Positions 62,314-64,000 of a stretch of 64,000 nt of DNA are shown here, in pieces. A model generated the notes under the pieces. That model worked only from the letters and a program-made list of their open reading frames with translations. It was not told where the DNA came from and did no database searches. Each line of letters opens with the position of its first letter. Position 1 is the stretch's first letter. The DNA lies in sequence record MT135025.1; one strand, 5' to 3'. The position numbers were made by a program, and so were the translations under genes.

Positions 62314-63807
62314 ATGCTAAATCTTAATCAAAATATCGCAATCGCAACTGACAGTTACAAAGTTTCACACTGGTCTCAATTCCCTCGTGGTCTAGAGTAC
62401 AGCCAATATTACGTCGAAAGCCGGGGTGGTAAGTTCGACAAAATTATGGTCGACGGTATGGCATACATGTGTCGTATTCTCGAAAAAGGTGTTTCGATGA
62501 ACGATGTCAAGCGTGCGAAACGTCTGTTCAAAAAGCACTTCGGTTCTGAAGTCTTCAATGACAAGGGTTGGGACATCATCGTTAACGAACTGAAAGGCAA
62601 ACTGCCTATTAAGATTCGTGCGGTCAAAGAAGGTACTGTAGTACCAGTTAAACACCCTATCTTGACGATTGAGAACACTGATCCACGTTTTGGTTGGCTG
62701 CCTGGCTATCTTGAAACGTTCATCTTGCGTGCTCTTTGGTACCCGACGACTGTAGCAACGATCTCGTTCGAGGTGAAGAAAATCATTCGCCAATTCATGA
62801 AGAAAACGGTTGATGATGAACGCATTGCAGAACAAGAGCCATTCAAACTTCACGACTTTGGTTCTCGTGGTGTATCAAGTGGCGAATCTGCGGCTATCGG
62901 TGGCTCTGCTCACTTGAAAAACTTCTTGGGTACTGACACTGTAGAAGCACTTGTTGCAGTTGAAGAACTTTACGCTGAAGATGTTGAAGACTTCATTGCA
63001 GGATTCTCAATCCCTGCACGTGAACACTCAACAACTACAATCTACAAAGAAGCTGGTGAAGACCAAGCATTCTTGAACTCTATTGAGCAATGGGGTGCTG
63101 CATTATACGCTTGTGTAATGGACAGCTACGACTACGAAGCAGCAATGAATCGTGTCTCGACTGGTCGCTTCAAAGAGCTAATCATCAGCAAAGGCGGTAC
63201 GTTTGTTGCTCGTCCTGACTCTGGTGTGCCTGTAGATGTAGTAATGAAAGGTCTTGAGATTCTTGGTAAAAACGTTGGTTATACAATCAACAGCAAGGGT
63301 TACAAAGTATTGCACCCTAGCTACCGTATCATTCAAGGTGACGGCGTGAACATCGAAGAAATTCGTCGAATCTTGTCTTACATGGAAAGTAAAGGCTGGT
63401 CGGCAGAAAATATTGCATTCGGCATGGGTGGTGGGTTGCTTCAACAACTTGACCGTGATACTCAACGCTTTGCAATGAAAATGTCAGCGGCAATCATCAA
63501 CGGCGAATACGTTAGCGTGTTCAAAATGCCGAAGACTGATCCGACAAAAGCATCAAAAGCAGGTTTCTTGGATTTGATTGCAGTTGATGCAGACAATCCG
63601 AACCCAGCGGCTCGCGGTTACGTGACGTTCTCTTCTGAAGATTACGACAATCGCGTACACTCGAAAAGCGTGATGCAGACAATCTTCGAAGACGGTGTAA
63701 CAGTTGCCGACTTCTCACTAGAAGAAGCGCGTAAACTGTCTGACGTACAAGCTGATTTCCTGAACGAAGGTGAATGGAAAATCGCGAAAAAGATTCAAAC
63801 TGCGTAA
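62314..63807 (+). CDS. nadV: nicotinamide phosphoribosyltransferase (NadV/Nampt)
   Basis: ATDSYKVSHW.QFP, LHDFGSRGVSS, FSIPAREHST, VARPDSG, IIQGDG, NIAFGMGGGLLQ..DRDT..FAMK; 497 aa. Confidence 0.95.
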   Translation: MLNLNQNIAIATDSYKVSHWSQFPRGLEYSQYYVESRGGKFDKIMVDGMAYMCRILEKGVSMNDVKRAKRLFKKHFGSEVFNDKGWDIIVNELKGKLPIKIRAVKEGTVVPVKHPILTIENTDPRFGWLPGYLETFILRALWYPTTVATISFEVKKIIRQFMKKTVDDERIAEQEPFKLHDFGSRGVSSGESAAIGGSAHLKNFLGTDTVEALVAVEELYAEDVEDFIAGFSIPAREHSTTTIYKEAGEDQAFLNSIEQWGAALYACVMDSYDYEAAMNRVSTGRFKELIISKGGTFVARPDSGVPVDVVMKGLEILGKNVGYTINSKGYKVLHPSYRIIQGDGVNIEEIRRILSYMESKGWSAENIAFGMGGGLLQQLDRDTQRFAMKMSAAIINGEYVSVFKMPKTDPTKASKAGFLDLIAVDADNPNPAARGYVTFSSEDYDNRVHSKSVMQTIFEDGVTVADFSLEEARKLSDVQADFLNEGEWKIAKKIQTA

Positions 63808-63839
63808 AACGTGACATTGTTCACTAAAAATCGTAAATT

Positions 63840-63873
63840 TAGGGTTGCTTCGGCAGCCCTTTTTTCGTATTAT
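63840..63873 (+). promoter_or_regulatory. terminator/early-promoter cassette
   Basis: AGGGTTGC-TTCG-GCAGCCCTTTTTT, TTGCTT-17 bp-TATTAT, ATCGAAACGACATCGACTAAC leader. Confidence 0.8.
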
Positions 63874-63914
63874 AGCTACATCGAAACGACATCGACTAAC
63901 AAAGAGAGAATATT

Positions 63915-64000
63915 ATGCAACTAACTACTAACATGACTAAATCGCAAAAAACTAAAGTTGTTGAAGGTTTCAACTTCGAGCGTGAAACAGGTCAAAGTCA
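63915..64000 (+). CDS. hypothetical early protein (partial, runs off window)
   Basis: GAGAG SD; MQLTTNMTKSQKTKVVEGFNFERETGQSQ... Confidence 0.6.
   Translation, partial: MQLTTNMTKSQKTKVVEGFNFERETGQS

Noticed and set aside
18449-63807. NAD salvage pathway as the novel system in this window
   Set aside because: Already characterised in KVP40-like vibriophages; reported only as context.
456-63817. Numerous antisense or alternate-frame ORFs in the supplied track (e.g. 580-897 -, 8712-8987 -, 27213-27539 -, 45957-46424 +, 62392-62853 -)
   Set aside because: They lie fully inside well-supported genes, lack SD/promoter context and look like shadow ORFs.
9784-63914. Repeated hairpin sequences as a CRISPR array
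   Set aside because: Copies are kilobases apart, separated by whole genes and contain promoter hexamers; there are no regular 30-40-bp spacers and no cas genes.
1-64000. tRNA/rRNA genes, introns or inteins
   Set aside because: No cloverleaf with T-loop GTTCRA and CCA end was recognised; rnlB, dda, tk, nadV and rIIA are uninterrupted and of expected size.

Overview
This window is part of a large T4-like (Tevenvirinae-type) vibriophage genome, very similar in gene content to KVP40-like phages (Schizotequatrovirus). The host and genus assignment is an inference from recognised genes. Recognisable T4-type genes: gp31 co-chaperonin, gp49 endonuclease VII, RNA ligase 2, rIIA/rIIB, NrdC.11-like nucleotidyltransferase, Dda helicase, thymidine kinase, DenV and a 30.2-like HAD protein. 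A dispersed NAD+ salvage set is present (natV, nadR, pnuC, nadV). Accessory functions include an ArdA-like antirestriction protein next to an adenine methyltransferase, a K+ channel, a CYTH protein and two tandem 2OG-Fe(II) oxygenases. About 35 kb consists of dense, co-oriented small hypothetical ORFs, punctuated by repeated terminator/early-promoter cassettes. The most striking unexplained locus is 55.3-61.3 kb. There, a late-promoter-driven protein with a ~63% Ser/Thr tetrapeptide-repeat domain is followed by two glycosyltransferase-like ORFs, a QueC-like PP-loop enzyme, a divergent phosphoribosyltransferase and two radical SAM enzymes. This is a candidate virion-protein or RiPP-like hypermodification system. 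Also notable: a twice-occurring hairpin + 6x9-bp iteron-like element, a GC-skew inversion over a ~540-bp gene-free gap (origin candidate), and a switchable structured late leader. No tRNA, rRNA or CRISPR array was recognised. All family calls are from motif recognition by eye, not database searches.
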